A DNA stretch of 64,000 nucleotides from Gammaproteobacteria bacterium (GCA_965116495.1 OZ220696.1:4224001-4288000); one strand, 5' to 3'; shown: positions 50,076 to 60,597, counted from the first letter of the stretch. The notes: generated by a model from the letters alone, not told the origin. Made by a program: numbers and translations.

Positions 50076-51281
50076 GTGATTATGAGTACAAATATTTCAT
50101 CAGATAAGATATGGACGAGCGATCTGAACAGGACGGATGATATTCTGTCCCGGTTCGACCGCAGCAAATCCGTACATTTTTACGACACGACGTTGCGCGA
50201 CGGCGAACAGTCCGTCGGTGTATGTTTCACCCCGGAGGAAAAGTTCGATATCGCCTGCAGGCTGAGCGACCTGGGCGTATCCAGGATCGAATCGGGCTTC
50301 CCGCGGGTCTCTGCCGACGATACGGCGGCGGTGAAACGCATCCTGGGCGCCGGGCTGCAATCAGAGATCTGGGGCTTTTCCCGGGCCGTCAAGGCGGATG
50401 TCGATGCGCATATCGAACTGGGTACCGAGCATGTGCTGATCGAGATTTCTACCAGCGATATGAAGATCAAGGCCTACGGCTTTACCCGGGACAGCGTCTT
50501 GCAGCGCGTGACGGACGCCATCAGGCATGCCAAGGATAACGGCATCAAGACCGTGAATTTCTTTGCCGTGGACTCGACCCGCAGCGACCTGGGATTTTTG
50601 CAGGATGTTTATTCGACGGCCATCGAGCAGGGCGCCGACGAGGTGTCCGTGGTGGATACCATCGGTGTCTGTTCCCCGGAAGCGGTGGAACGGCTGATCG
50701 GCGAGGTGAGCGGCTGGGTGGGCCCCGATATCCCTATCCACTGGCACGGCCACAACGATTTCGGCATGGCGACCGCGTCCGCGGTGGCGGCCGTGCGCGG
50801 CGGCGCCCGCTGGATCCAGGGCACCATCAACGGCATGGGCGAGCGCGCCGGCAATGCTGATATCTGTGAAGTGGCCCTGGCGCTGCAATGCCTGTATGAC
50901 ATGCCGGTTGAACTGGACCTGACCCGGGCCAGGGACACGTCAAAAGTCGTACAGAAAGCCGGTGGCTACAACGTGGACGGCTGGAAACCCGTGGTCGGGG
51001 AATTCCTCTACACCCGCGAGAGCGGCGCGGTGGCGAACCAGTTCCATATCCCCCAGGCTATCGAACCGTACTCATCCGAGATCGTGGACGCCGAGCGCCG
51101 CATCGTGTTGGGCAAGAAGAGCGGTCTGTCCAACATCAAGCTCAAGGGGGAGGAACTGGGACTGGACATACCGGAGGATAAACGCGCCGGCGTGCTGGCC
51201 GAGGTCAAGGATCTCGGTACCAGGAACGCCCGCCTGGTGACTGACGAGGAATTCAAGGACATCGTTGCACGGATTGTATAA
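50076..51281 (+). CDS. Homocitrate/isopropylmalate synthase-like DRE-TIM enzyme lacking the regulatory domain
   Basis: DTTLRDGEQ, HGHNDFG.A, GMGERAGNA, LGKKSG. Confidence 0.85.
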   Translation: MIMSTNISSDKIWTSDLNRTDDILSRFDRSKSVHFYDTTLRDGEQSVGVCFTPEEKFDIACRLSDLGVSRIESGFPRVSADDTAAVKRILGAGLQSEIWGFSRAVKADVDAHIELGTEHVLIEISTSDMKIKAYGFTRDSVLQRVTDAIRHAKDNGIKTVNFFAVDSTRSDLGFLQDVYSTAIEQGADEVSVVDTIGVCSPEAVERLIGEVSGWVGPDIPIHWHGHNDFGMATASAVAAVRGGARWIQGTINGMGERAGNADICEVALALQCLYDMPVELDLTRARDTSKVVQKAGGYNVDGWKPVVGEFLYTRESGAVANQFHIPQAIEPYSSEIVDAERRIVLGKKSGLSNIKLKGEELGLDIPEDKRAGVLAEVKDLGTRNARLVTDEEFKDIVARIV

Positions 51282-51304
51282 GGCCCGTAGATGCCCCAGG
51301 GATC

Positions 51305-51459
51305 TATCCGCAGATGACGCAGATTAACGCAGATAAAATATGAAGAACCAGAAAACATACAAGATTATCGACCCGCTATTGTCTGCACACTCAGTACCAA
51401 ACAAGTTCAACTAAAAAGACTTGGTTTTAATCTGCGTTAATCTGCGTCATCTGCGGATA
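51305..51459. repeat. Element bounded by perfect 30-bp inverted repeats
   Basis: tatccgcagatgacgcagattaacgcagat and atctgcgttaatctgcgtcatctgcggata. Confidence 0.85.
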
Positions 51460-51470
51460 AAATAATCTAA

Positions 51471-52427
51471 ATGAAAGAAATAGAAAAAGTATGCGTCGTC
51501 GCTGCGGGCGCCATCGGCAGCCTGTTGGTGGGACACCTGGGCACGATCGTGGACATGACGGTGCTCACCCGCCGCAAGGAGCATGCCAAAGCCTTGAACG
51601 ACGAGGGACTGCGGGTCAGCGGTAAATCTGAACTGCACGCCAGTGTGCGCGCATCGACGGACGCGGCGGACCTGGGCGAGGTTGACCTGGTCATCATCGC
51701 TTCCAAGGCGCTTGCCGTTGAAGCCTGCGCCGGGATGATCGAGGGTCATTTTCCCGGTGCTCACGTGCTCATGATCCAGAACGGTCTTGGCTGTGAGGAA
51801 ATGGTCAGCCGGTTTGGCGACTGGCCCATCATATCCGGGGTCACGTTCATGAGCGGCACCCGCCATTCCGATACGCACGTGGAATACGAACTGGACACGG
51901 CCACCTGGATGGGACCCTGGGCGGAAGGCAGCGCGACTTATGAATACGTTTGTCAGGTTGCAGAGCTTGTCAACCGGTCCGGCCTGAAAGCAGAGGCCTA
52001 CGAGGACCTGTTGCCGCACCAGTGGTCCAAGCTGATTTTCAACTCGGCGGTGAACAGTATCTCGGCGCTGACGGACCTGCCCCACGTCAAGGACTTCGCG
52101 TTCCAGGACAACCTGGAGGACCTGGGCCACCTGGTCTACGCCATGATGGACGAGGCCAAGCGGATTGCGGAAGCCCGCGGCGTAACCCTGGCGGACGACC
52201 CCTGGATGATGAACGTCAACGCAGTGCGCCAGGGCACTACCAGCGGCGAGGAGTACGCCCACGTCCCCTCCATGCTGGATGACGTGCGCAACAAGCGCCT
52301 GACGGAGATAGACTGGATCACCGGTTCCATCGTGCGCGAGGCGATGAAAGCAGGCGTCCCGGCGCCGTACCATGAGACCCTGTACCGGCTGGTGAAGGCC
52401 CATGAAACGAGCTATGTCGGAAGATGA
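51471..52427 (+). CDS. Ketopantoate reductase (ApbA/PanE) family protein
   Basis: AGAIG, QNGLG, WSKLIFNSAVN, PSMLDD…TEID. Confidence 0.88.
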   Translation: MKEIEKVCVVAAGAIGSLLVGHLGTIVDMTVLTRRKEHAKALNDEGLRVSGKSELHASVRASTDAADLGEVDLVIIASKALAVEACAGMIEGHFPGAHVLMIQNGLGCEEMVSRFGDWPIISGVTFMSGTRHSDTHVEYELDTATWMGPWAEGSATYEYVCQVAELVNRSGLKAEAYEDLLPHQWSKLIFNSAVNSISALTDLPHVKDFAFQDNLEDLGHLVYAMMDEAKRIAEARGVTLADDPWMMNVNAVRQGTTSGEEYAHVPSMLDDVRNKRLTEIDWITGSIVREAMKAGVPAPYHETLYRLVKAHETSYVGR

Positions 52428-52430
52428 TTC

Positions 52431-52717
52431 ATCCGCAGATTACGCGCCCCTGCTTCTGACATGCAGAGCCCGCCCCTGCAGTCGTAAGCAGGGGGGCATG
52501 GATATACGCAGATGAAATATCGGTTCGTCATTCCGGCGAATGCCGGAATCCAGTCTAATAACGTACCGCCTGAGGCGGTGTTTTATTTCACTGGATTCCG
52601 GCTTGCGCCGGAATGACGGATGGAAATGCGCTGGAATGACAGTAGTCAAACTCTATACCCTGTGTGTCTGCACAGGGTATAAAAAAACCTGTGCTAATCT
52701 GCGTAATCTGTGGATAA
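52431..52717. repeat. Nested palindromic elements, including an RPE-like gtcattccggc…ggaatccag/ctggattcc…ccggaatgac unit
   Basis: Outer IR atccgcagattacgc…gcgtaatctgtggat; inner hairpins at ~52446-52497 and ~52526-52619. Confidence 0.75.
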
Positions 52718-52764
52718 ACATAATATAATCCTGCATTTGCAGCAGGAACAGTGGGGAGGTATTA

Positions 52765-53694
52765 ATGAAGATATGCATCATTGGTTGCGGCGCCATCGGC
52801 GGGCTGTACGGCGCCCATCTGGCCAGGCTGGACGATGTCGAGGTCTGGGGGTTTGACCTGGACCGCAAGCACGTGGACGCCATTAACCGGAACGGTCTGC
52901 GCGTGACCGGGCTGAGTGATTTCACCGCCACCGTGCATGCCCGCATGGAGGTGAGCGAAATCCCCGAATGCGACTTGGGCATTATCGCGACCAAGACCAT
53001 GTTCACCCGGTCGGCGATGGAAACGGCTGCGCCAATATTCCGCGACGGCGCGGTCTGCTCGGTACAGAACGGTATCGGTAACGAGGAGATCGTGGCTGAA
53101 TACGTGCCGCGGGTGATACAGGGCACCATCTTTCCGGCTGGGCATATCACCGCGCCGGGAGTGATCAACCAGGACGCCGGCGGCAAGACCTGGATAGGGC
53201 CTTTTGCCGTCAACCCTGCCACGATGGCAGAGGTCGAACAACTGGCGGACGCCCTCACGCGCAGCGGGCTGGAATGTCTGGCTATGGAGGACGCCCGCGG
53301 GGCGCAATGGACCAAACTGATATTCAACTCCGCCTCCAATGCCATGGCCGCCCTGACGCGCCTGCCCCACGGGGTGGCCTGCGACCAGGAAGGGGTACGC
53401 AGGATCATGTCGGTCCTGGTGAAGGAGGGCATGGCCGTGGCGGACGCCCTGGGGATTACCCTGGACAGCGACCCGGAGGCGCTGATCGATTACGGCAGGG
53501 AAAAGGCCTATTACCACCCTCCCAGCATGTTGCAGGACGTGATGGCGGAAAGGCTGACCGAGGTGGACGCCCTGAACGGCGGGATCGCAAGGCTGGGCAG
53601 GGAACTGGGTATCCCATGCCCCATGAACGAGGCGTGTGCTGCCTTGATCAAGGGCCTGGAGGCATCCTGGACGCTCAAATATCCTGAACATTAA
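52765..53694 (+). CDS. Ketopantoate reductase family protein, second paralog
   Basis: GCGAIGG, QNGIG, WTKLIFN, PSMLQD…TEVD. Confidence 0.88.
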   Translation: MKICIIGCGAIGGLYGAHLARLDDVEVWGFDLDRKHVDAINRNGLRVTGLSDFTATVHARMEVSEIPECDLGIIATKTMFTRSAMETAAPIFRDGAVCSVQNGIGNEEIVAEYVPRVIQGTIFPAGHITAPGVINQDAGGKTWIGPFAVNPATMAEVEQLADALTRSGLECLAMEDARGAQWTKLIFNSASNAMAALTRLPHGVACDQEGVRRIMSVLVKEGMAVADALGITLDSDPEALIDYGREKAYYHPPSMLQDVMAERLTEVDALNGGIARLGRELGIPCPMNEACAALIKGLEASWTLKYPEH

Positions 53695-53788
53695 GATGTA
53701 CATCTAGATTCAGGGTAAATATCCGTGAATTTTACTTTTACTCCAAAAATACAGCAAAAATAAATACTTATTGATGAGGAAATGATAA

Positions 53789-54943
53789 ATGACTGATTAT
53801 ATAAACCGTTTTCGACCCAGCCAGGCAGAGATTGAGCGGCGTTACGCCAACGTGCGTGCGGCTATGGCGAAGGAAGGACTGGATGCGCTGGTGGTCAGCG
53901 GTAGCGAATACACGGGATTCGAGGGCGCCGTGCGCTACATGTGCGGGTTCGTGATCCTGCACCGCTATGCCTACGTGGTCATCCCCGCCGATGGCGACCC
54001 TGTCTGCGTATTCCCGCGGGAAGCGACCTGGGTGGGGGACCATTCGGCCACCTTTATCGAGAAACGCGAGTTTCCCGCCCATTGCGGTGAGTGGATGGCG
54101 GACTTCCTGCAGGGCAGGGGCGTCAAGAAGCTGGGCATCTACGGTCTGCAGTACATCATCAACGTGCGTGATTATTCCGCCCTGGCGGCGCAGGACTTTG
54201 AGATTGTCGACTTTGAGATCCAGTTCGACTATGCCCGGGCGCAGAAGAGCGAGGAAGAGATTGCCTCGGTGCGCCATTCCATGGAGATCAACAAGCAGGG
54301 AGTACTGGACGTGATCCAGGGCTACGAGCCGGGCAAGACGGAGGCAGAACTGATGGGTATCGCCGAGAATACCTTTGCCGCAGCCGGCTGCGCCAGGAAC
54401 ACCATGGACATGATCCAGATGGGGCCGAACGGCTCCCTGGAACCGCAGATGGTGTTCCCCTCAAACCGCCCCGTACAGGACAGCGACGGTATGATGTACG
54501 GCCTTGAGATCTCCGGTGAGGGCGGCCACTGGGTCGAGTTTTCCCGTCCCATGTTCCCACAGGGCATGGACGATATCACCAGGGAGATGATGACGGCCTA
54601 CCAGGAATTCCATGAACTGGCCAAGGAACACATGAAGGCCGGCAACACGGCCGAGGCGGCCAGCAACGCCTGCATGAAGCCGATATTCGACCGCGGCTAC
54701 CGCTCCGGCCACGTCTGCGGCCACTCCATCGGCATGACCATGATCGAAATGCCGAGGATAGGCGAAGGCTTCGACTTCGTCCTGCCGGAAGACATGGTCT
54801 GCTCCATGCACCCGCACTTCATGAACCAGGAACGCACCCACTCACTGTACTTCCAGGAAACCTACCGCGTCGGCCGTGACGGCGGCGAACCCCTGTCGGG
54901 GGTGCCGATCAAGGCGTACCAGGGAGGCGAAGAGTCTTTTTAG
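53789..54943 (+). CDS. M24 (Xaa-Pro peptidase/creatinase-like) family protein
   Basis: Creatinase-like N-terminus, KSEEEI, GHSIG…E.P, SMHP; the metal ligands are atypical. Confidence 0.78.
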   Translation: MTDYINRFRPSQAEIERRYANVRAAMAKEGLDALVVSGSEYTGFEGAVRYMCGFVILHRYAYVVIPADGDPVCVFPREATWVGDHSATFIEKREFPAHCGEWMADFLQGRGVKKLGIYGLQYIINVRDYSALAAQDFEIVDFEIQFDYARAQKSEEEIASVRHSMEINKQGVLDVIQGYEPGKTEAELMGIAENTFAAAGCARNTMDMIQMGPNGSLEPQMVFPSNRPVQDSDGMMYGLEISGEGGHWVEFSRPMFPQGMDDITREMMTAYQEFHELAKEHMKAGNTAEAASNACMKPIFDRGYRSGHVCGHSIGMTMIEMPRIGEGFDFVLPEDMVCSMHPHFMNQERTHSLYFQETYRVGRDGGEPLSGVPIKAYQGGEESF

Positions 54944-54951
54944 TCTGGCGG

Positions 54952-55001
54952 TAATTTGGGACACCCATAAATTGACGCTAATTTATGGGTGTCCTGAATT
55001 A
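54952..55001. repeat. REP-like palindrome (GGACACCCATAAATT family), copy 1
   Basis: aatttgggacacccataaatt…aatttatgggtgtcctgaatt. Confidence 0.85.
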
Positions 55002-55079
55002 CTTCTCGAATCCCACGATCTTAAAATTACCGGATGACAAAGTACTTGTTGATAATTACAATATAATTATAATATCATT

Positions 55080-55373
55080 ATGGAAAATTGGGTCTTCGAA
55101 TGGGACCCTGACAAGGATGTTTCTAATCAAGGGAAACACGGTATTTCATTTGGAGAGGCAAAGACAGTATTCACGGATCAGTTCGCTCGTTTGATAGCTG
55201 ATCCCGACCACTCGCAAGAGGAAGACAGATTTATTCTTCTGGGTATGAGTATCTATTCAAAGTTATTAGTCGTCTGTCACTGTATCAGAACCGGTGAGGT
55301 TATCCGCATCATTTCAGTACGTAAAGCAGACAAACTGGAGCGACGTATCTACGAGGACTTCCGCCATGCGTAA
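55080..55373 (+). CDS. BrnT-family toxin
   Basis: FEWDPDK..SN..KHGISF.EA..VF.D…EEDRF…IRIIS.RKA. Confidence 0.9.
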   Translation: MENWVFEWDPDKDVSNQGKHGISFGEAKTVFTDQFARLIADPDHSQEEDRFILLGMSIYSKLLVVCHCIRTGEVIRIISVRKADKLERRIYEDFRHA

Positions 55374-55575
55374 ACACTATGATTTCTCAAATTCCAAGCC
55401 TAACCCGTACGCGCAAAGACTTAAAAAACAAATAACAATTCGCATAGACGAAGACACCATTGCCTATTTCAAAAATATGGCTGAGGAAAAAGGGATTCCT
55501 TACCAGGGCCTTATTAATTTGTATTTACGGGATTGTGCCCAATCTCATCGCGACCTGAAGATACAGTGGCAGTAA
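55366..55575 (+). CDS. BrnA-family antitoxin
   Basis: MRKHYDFS…ITIRIDED…GIPYQ.LINLYL. Confidence 0.88.
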   Translation: MRKHYDFSNSKPNPYAQRLKKQITIRIDEDTIAYFKNMAEEKGIPYQGLINLYLRDCAQSHRDLKIQWQ

Positions 55576-55626
55576 TCCGAGCAGGTGAACAGCCCAGGAT
55601 TTGCCGGAAACTTCACCGAGAGGGAA

Positions 55627-55702
55627 AATTCAGGATACTCATAAATTGACGGGAATCCAGGACACCCATAAATTGTGACTAATCTATGGGTGTCCTGAAT
55701 TA
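55627..55702. repeat. REP-like palindrome, copy 2 (plus a half-site)
   Basis: caggacacccataaattg…aatctatgggtgtcctg. Confidence 0.8.
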
Positions 55703-55881
55703 CTTATCCGTATCACCGACATCACCTCCGTCCTTTGCCGCGTTTTTTGTTGCTTATAGCCTTGAGCAGCCACGCAACGGCTCCCGGCGTTGATGGAAGC
55801 CAACAACAAAGAAAATGATGCTCTAAATCTCCAGGTATTAAAAACCTATCTCAGATGCCTGAACGAGACAGATAAGGAAGT

Positions 55882-57213
55882 TTACTCCCGTACTTCATCT
55901 TGTCCTGATACTAACTGAGACGATTCCAGAAGCCAGCGTCGGAGTGGCAACAATCGCACCTTTCGTCTTGTCGCGTACCACTCTACTTCTTCCTCCCCAT
56001 CTGTATCTGCCGTAAGAACGAGAAGTTGGTCGCAGGAAAGAGCCTCAGCGGCCTTGAGCAGTGCGCGTATTTCCCGTCGCCGGGTTTCCGGGCGGGACAT
56101 GTCCTGGCATACCTGGATGAGTTGTGTGACTTGACGGTCTTTCTTGACGACGAAGTCGACCTCCCGCTGTTGCGGGTCCTTCCAGAAAAAGATCTCGCAG
56201 TCGCCATCTAAAGCACGCTTACGAAGCGCAATCGCAACCATGTTCTCAGCGAGCCTGCCTGTATCAGGAGTAAATTGACCGACCCGGGATGTTACGAAGC
56301 CGTTGTCTATGCAATAGATCTTGCGGTTGGCCGTTGCCTGTTCTCTCACTTTGAAGGAGAAACGGGAGAGTGAAAAGAACAGGAAGGACTCCTCCAGATA
56401 CCCGATGTACCTTGCTACCGTGTGAACGCTTTTGCACTGAGTCACGGTAGTCAGCCGGTTCAGTGAGTACTCCCGGGCGATGTTGGCAAGCAGGTAAGCG
56501 GCGAGATCCTCAATGCCGGCGACGGAGCGGATTCGGCGGCGGCGTATGATGTCCTTATACAGGATGGAATCCCACAATGTGGTCAGGTAGAAACCACGAT
56601 CCATATCCCGCAGCAGGGGCTCCGGATATCCGCCGTCCCTGGTGTAACGATGCAACGCCTCGGCCCTTTCATGTTCGGTGAGGTCTGCATCTCGAGAACG
56701 AAGGAATTCACCATACGAAAAAGGAAAAAGCACGATGGGAAGATGGCGTCCGGTCAGGTGGGTCGCCAGTTCGCTGCTCAGCAGATGCGCGTTACTGCCG
56801 GTAAGAATCAGTCGGAAGCCCTGACGCTGGAGGCGATTCACAAACAGCTCCCATCTATCCAGGTTTTGAATTTCATCCAGCAGCAAGTAACGTGGATTAT
56901 CGTATACCTCGTTGACGGCGGCGATAAGCCGGTCGTAATCCGTTACATCGGTCAGACGTTCGTCATCGAAATTGAGATAGCCACGCGCAGAAAAGCGGGC
57001 CAACAGACGCATGGCCAGAAAGGATTTTCCACAACGACGAGGGCCTGTGATAACCCTGATAAGACCATCGTCGCGCAGGGGGCCGGCGAGTTGCCGTTCA
57101 ACGTAACGCTCCTGTAAGCGCCCGTCTAATTCCCGTTTCTGCATTTCCACCACATCTTGGAGCATTGTTTCACCCACCACTCTGTTTTGTGTATAAAGCA
57201 TATCATAATACAC
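55882..57213 (-). CDS. AAA_14 ATPase with DUF4143 domain
   Basis: GPRRCGKS, LDEIQN, TGSNA.LL, EVDFV…LIQV. Confidence 0.9.
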   Translation of the reverse strand: MYYDMLYTQNRVVGETMLQDVVEMQKRELDGRLQERYVERQLAGPLRDDGLIRVITGPRRCGKSFLAMRLLARFSARGYLNFDDERLTDVTDYDRLIAAVNEVYDNPRYLLLDEIQNLDRWELFVNRLQRQGFRLILTGSNAHLLSSELATHLTGRHLPIVLFPFSYGEFLRSRDADLTEHERAEALHRYTRDGGYPEPLLRDMDRGFYLTTLWDSILYKDIIRRRRIRSVAGIEDLAAYLLANIAREYSLNRLTTVTQCKSVHTVARYIGYLEESFLFFSLSRFSFKVREQATANRKIYCIDNGFVTSRVGQFTPDTGRLAENMVAIALRKRALDGDCEIFFWKDPQQREVDFVVKKDRQVTQLIQVCQDMSRPETRRREIRALLKAAEALSCDQLLVLTADTDGEEEVEWYATRRKVRLLPLRRWLLESSQLVSGQDEVRE

Positions 57214-57303
57214 AAAACTTGTAAGATTTATGTGTTATAAATATATGAATACACAAAAATTACAGAAAAGTTGAGTTTTGAGTCATTTCCTGTCTGAATC
57301 CTT

Positions 57304-59175
57304 TTATCCTGAAAACTCAAACAACCCCGAACTGGATGCAGGCGCCCGGAACCTGTCGGCATACCCTGCTACATCCTCGGGACCCGTGATAGGAATGGAA
57401 CACCTGTCGGGATTGCATATATACAACCTTGCTTCCTTGCCGGACGGGTAGCGGCCGGATTTCTCAAAATGCAGCAATTTGCGCGGGTGGTATACGCCTC
57501 TCGCAGCGTTGAATAATGCCTGTGCATCTTCATGATCAGGATCACCAACCACTGAGAATTCCACGTAGGCGGCGGTGATTTTCTCCAGTAACAGCGCAGT
57601 CTGGCCCGTAATCCGGCCTTCCCGGCGCAGGATTTCAGGTGTGGCAACGGCCCTTATGGTGGCCTCGGGGATCTCCGCATAGTCGCCGTTTTTTGTATAT
57701 ACCCATAAGTCGTAGATAAATTGGGCGGCAACGGCATTCAACTCCAGGGGTTTTCTCGGTGCGATTATGGTTGCCGTTTCGTCGGGTATGGCGGAGTAGA
57801 AGCCGCCGTTTTCCCGGTCATAGAGATTGATCAACAGGGCGTCGGCGATACTGACGGCGTGGTCCAGCCATTTCGGATCGCCGGTTGCGCGGGACAGGGC
57901 CAGTAACGCCGTGCCCATCCAGGCCTGTGCGCCCAGGTATGGCTTGTCATGGGTAACCAGGGGACGCATCCGCTTATCACCTGTTATGGAATCCGTGGCA
58001 TGAACCTGAAATACCCAGCCTGTTTCCGTTGTTCTGTTCTGCAATAACGCATCAACGGCATTGATTGCGGTTTTAAGATAACGGCCATCCCCGGTATTTT
58101 CGTAGGTGATGATATACGCGTTGATCAACTGTGCGTTCTTGTCGGTGTAGGCAGCGTGATCGATGGGAGGGATGCCGTACTTCTGCCGTCCCTGGTCATT
58201 GTCGATCAGCCAGTACTCCACGGTGCTCATGCCGTCCTGCAGGTGGGGCGGATCGTCCTCCTGGCTGGTATAGAAGGTGTTGTTGCTGTCTTTCATCCAG
58301 TCATGAAGGAATTTATCTACCGCGGCGATACCGGCAAGGTACTGGTCATCCCCGCTGTTGGCATAGGCGTGGGAAAATGCGATCAAGGCGCTGGCCTGGT
58401 TGGCAATGCGTTTCTCCGGCACGGCGTTCAGTCCTTTGAAGCGTGGCGGGGATTGATCGAAAGAGCGCACGTAGACCCCGCCCCAGACGGGGTCTACGGC
58501 ATCCAGGTAGGCAGAGCTGGTTTTCAGCGCCAGGCGTTTCAGTTCGTCGTTGCCGTACATGTGGGCGCGCAGGTACAGGTGTTGCAACGGGGCGCCCGTG
58601 GTGGTGGAGATGCCGTTCCTGGACCAGCCGCCGTGTTGTTCATTTAAGCGGTTGTCCAGTTGCACCCGCAGCCGGTTTCTCAATACGGTGATGTCGGTTT
58701 CAACCGGTTCCGGGGGCGCCGAGTAGGGCGCCAGCTCATCGGGAACAATGTTGCCTGCCTGTTTCTGGTCGATGATTTTCTCCAGGATGGGGATAAAATT
58801 GCCCGGTCTCCGGTTACCGGCAAGCGCCAGGACTTGCGTGCCGTCCGCAGTCATGAATATGGTTGCCGGCCATGACCAGTCGGAGTAACGCTCTCCTAAA
58901 TCAGGTTGTGCTTCGGCATCGGCGACAACCGCAACGAAATTCTCGTTGATCAATTTGATCACGTCACCGTGCGTGTAGGTGTCCTCGTCCATCCAGCGGC
59001 ATGCGGTGCAGCCCTCGATACCCACATCCAGGATAACCAGCTTGTCTGTCTGCTTTGCCTGCTCAAACGGCGCCTTGCCCCATTGTTGCCATTGGATTGC
59101 TGCGGGTTCGGCAATTACTGACGTAGTTAAACATATCAGTAATACATTGATTGAAATCTGATTTAATATTTTCAT
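57304..59175 (-). CDS. DUF255 thioredoxin-like/six-hairpin protein (YyaL-like), probably secreted
   Basis: IQWQQWG..PFEQAK..DK…CTACRWMD..TY…WPATIF; signal peptide. Confidence 0.8.
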   Translation of the reverse strand: MKILNQISINVLLICLTTSVIAEPAAIQWQQWGKAPFEQAKQTDKLVILDVGIEGCTACRWMDEDTYTHGDVIKLINENFVAVVADAEAQPDLGERYSDWSWPATIFMTADGTQVLALAGNRRPGNFIPILEKIIDQKQAGNIVPDELAPYSAPPEPVETDITVLRNRLRVQLDNRLNEQHGGWSRNGISTTTGAPLQHLYLRAHMYGNDELKRLALKTSSAYLDAVDPVWGGVYVRSFDQSPPRFKGLNAVPEKRIANQASALIAFSHAYANSGDDQYLAGIAAVDKFLHDWMKDSNNTFYTSQEDDPPHLQDGMSTVEYWLIDNDQGRQKYGIPPIDHAAYTDKNAQLINAYIITYENTGDGRYLKTAINAVDALLQNRTTETGWVFQVHATDSITGDKRMRPLVTHDKPYLGAQAWMGTALLALSRATGDPKWLDHAVSIADALLINLYDRENGGFYSAIPDETATIIAPRKPLELNAVAAQFIYDLWVYTKNGDYAEIPEATIRAVATPEILRREGRITGQTALLLEKITAAYVEFSVVGDPDHEDAQALFNAARGVYHPRKLLHFEKSGRYPSGKEARLYICNPDRCSIPITGPEDVAGYADRFRAPASSSGLFEFSG

Positions 59176-59208
59176 AGAGGCACACCATATTAAACGGGTT
59201 ATAAGACT

Positions 59209-59796
59209 ATGAAGAGGTCCATTCGGGTAGCACTTGTGGGTTTGGCTACAAGTCTCATTCTATTGACCGTTAATGTCAAATCACAAGCTGAACAGGAACG
59301 TGAATGTACCGTTACCTCGGCTGATCTCAGCAAGCTGACTTCTGACGTATTTGATCAGGGTCTGGACTCTCTCTTGTCGTGGAGATGTCTTGCTGATAGA
59401 GAGGATTTCAGACAAGCACAAGAGTTAATCAAAAAATTCATAATGACCAACGCTGGAAAACTTGATCAGTATGATGTACGAAATTTATATTTTCATTCTA
59501 GTCAGTTAGCGGCTCTCGATGGAAGATATGAGAATGCAATTGAGAAATTTTCCAGGACAATTGATGATAACGACGGCACTTCTCATTTCTTGAGTTGGAA
59601 TGAATATGTGTCAGGCACTATCCATTTCCTGCAAGGAGACATTGAGAAACTGGGCCAGGAAATTAAAAAAATAGAAGCTAACAATATAGAACTGGATGTT
59701 AATAATCTCCGGATATTAAAGAATTTTCTCAGATGCCCGAATGAGACCTATAAGGAAGTTTACTCTCGCACTTCTTCTTGTCTGGATGCTCACTGA
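59209..59796 (+). CDS. Hypothetical secreted, TPR-like protein
   Basis: Signal-like N-terminus; helical FDQ…W…FH..Q…WN.YV.GT..FL pattern. Confidence 0.6.
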   Translation: MKRSIRVALVGLATSLILLTVNVKSQAEQERECTVTSADLSKLTSDVFDQGLDSLLSWRCLADREDFRQAQELIKKFIMTNAGKLDQYDVRNLYFHSSQLAALDGRYENAIEKFSRTIDDNDGTSHFLSWNEYVSGTIHFLQGDIEKLGQEIKKIEANNIELDVNNLRILKNFLRCPNETYKEVYSRTSSCLDAH

Positions 59797-59857
59797 GAAA
59801 CAGGATTTCTCGTACACGCTACTTGTGAGTACAAACACTCAGGATTAGAATTACCGT

Positions 59858-59876
59858 ATTACTGATTTTCAGTAAT
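59858..59876. promoter_or_regulatory. Palindromic operator upstream of the AbrB antitoxin
   Basis: ATTACTGA-TTT-TCAGTAAT. Confidence 0.55.
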
Positions 59877-59917
59877 TCTGCTATTATTGGAAATCATTTT
59901 CATTATTGGATTTATTC

Positions 59918-60163
59918 ATGGTAAATACATTAATAGTTTCGGAACGCGGACAAATCACTCTTCCGGCGGCAATCAGAAAGCGATTAGGGCTGAAAGGAGG
60001 AGGTGCACTTATTCTGGAGGAACGTAACAGTGAACTGGTCCTCAAACCTGCCGCGGTGATGGAGATCGAAATATATGACGAAGAACAAATTGCGCAGTGG
60101 AATAAGGATGATCAATTAAGTGGTACCGATCGGAATCAAATTAAAAAATCATTGGAACGATAG
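59918..60163 (+). CDS. AbrB/MazE-type antitoxin
   Basis: VSERGQITLPAAIRKRLGL. Confidence 0.85.
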   Translation: MVNTLIVSERGQITLPAAIRKRLGLKGGGALILEERNSELVLKPAAVMEIEIYDEEQIAQWNKDDQLSGTDRNQIKKSLER

Positions 60164-60165
60164 AG

Positions 60166-60597
60166 TTGAAACGGATATTTCTGGATGCGAATGTGTTGTT
60201 TACCGCAACGCATAATCCTCGAGGTAAAGCTGCTTTTATTGTAGAGCTTGGGAGGGAAAATTACTGGACATTATATTCCAGCGTCTATGCAGTTGCCGAA
60301 GCCCGGTATAATTTAGAGATCAAGTTTCCGGAACGATTACCCGGGTTTGAAATCCTGCTTGACAGCATCAAAATCATTAAGCACCAGGAAAAGAAAACCA
60401 GCCTTCCAGGTTTGAATGAGAAAGATCAGCCCATATTTCAGGCGGCGATGGAATGTTCCGCAACACATCTGATTACCGGTGATAAAAAGGATTTTGGGAA
60501 GTTTATGAATAAACCCGGAGAAACATTCAGCATTAATATCCAAACCCCCGGTGACTTTCTCAAGGAAATTAACCTTCCCGCGGATTCACATGAGTAA
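60166..60597 (+). CDS. PIN-domain toxin
   Basis: IFLDANVLF…KD.PI..AA…THLITGDKKDF. Confidence 0.85.
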   Translation: MKRIFLDANVLFTATHNPRGKAAFIVELGRENYWTLYSSVYAVAEARYNLEIKFPERLPGFEILLDSIKIIKHQEKKTSLPGLNEKDQPIFQAAMECSATHLITGDKKDFGKFMNKPGETFSINIQTPGDFLKEINLPADSHE

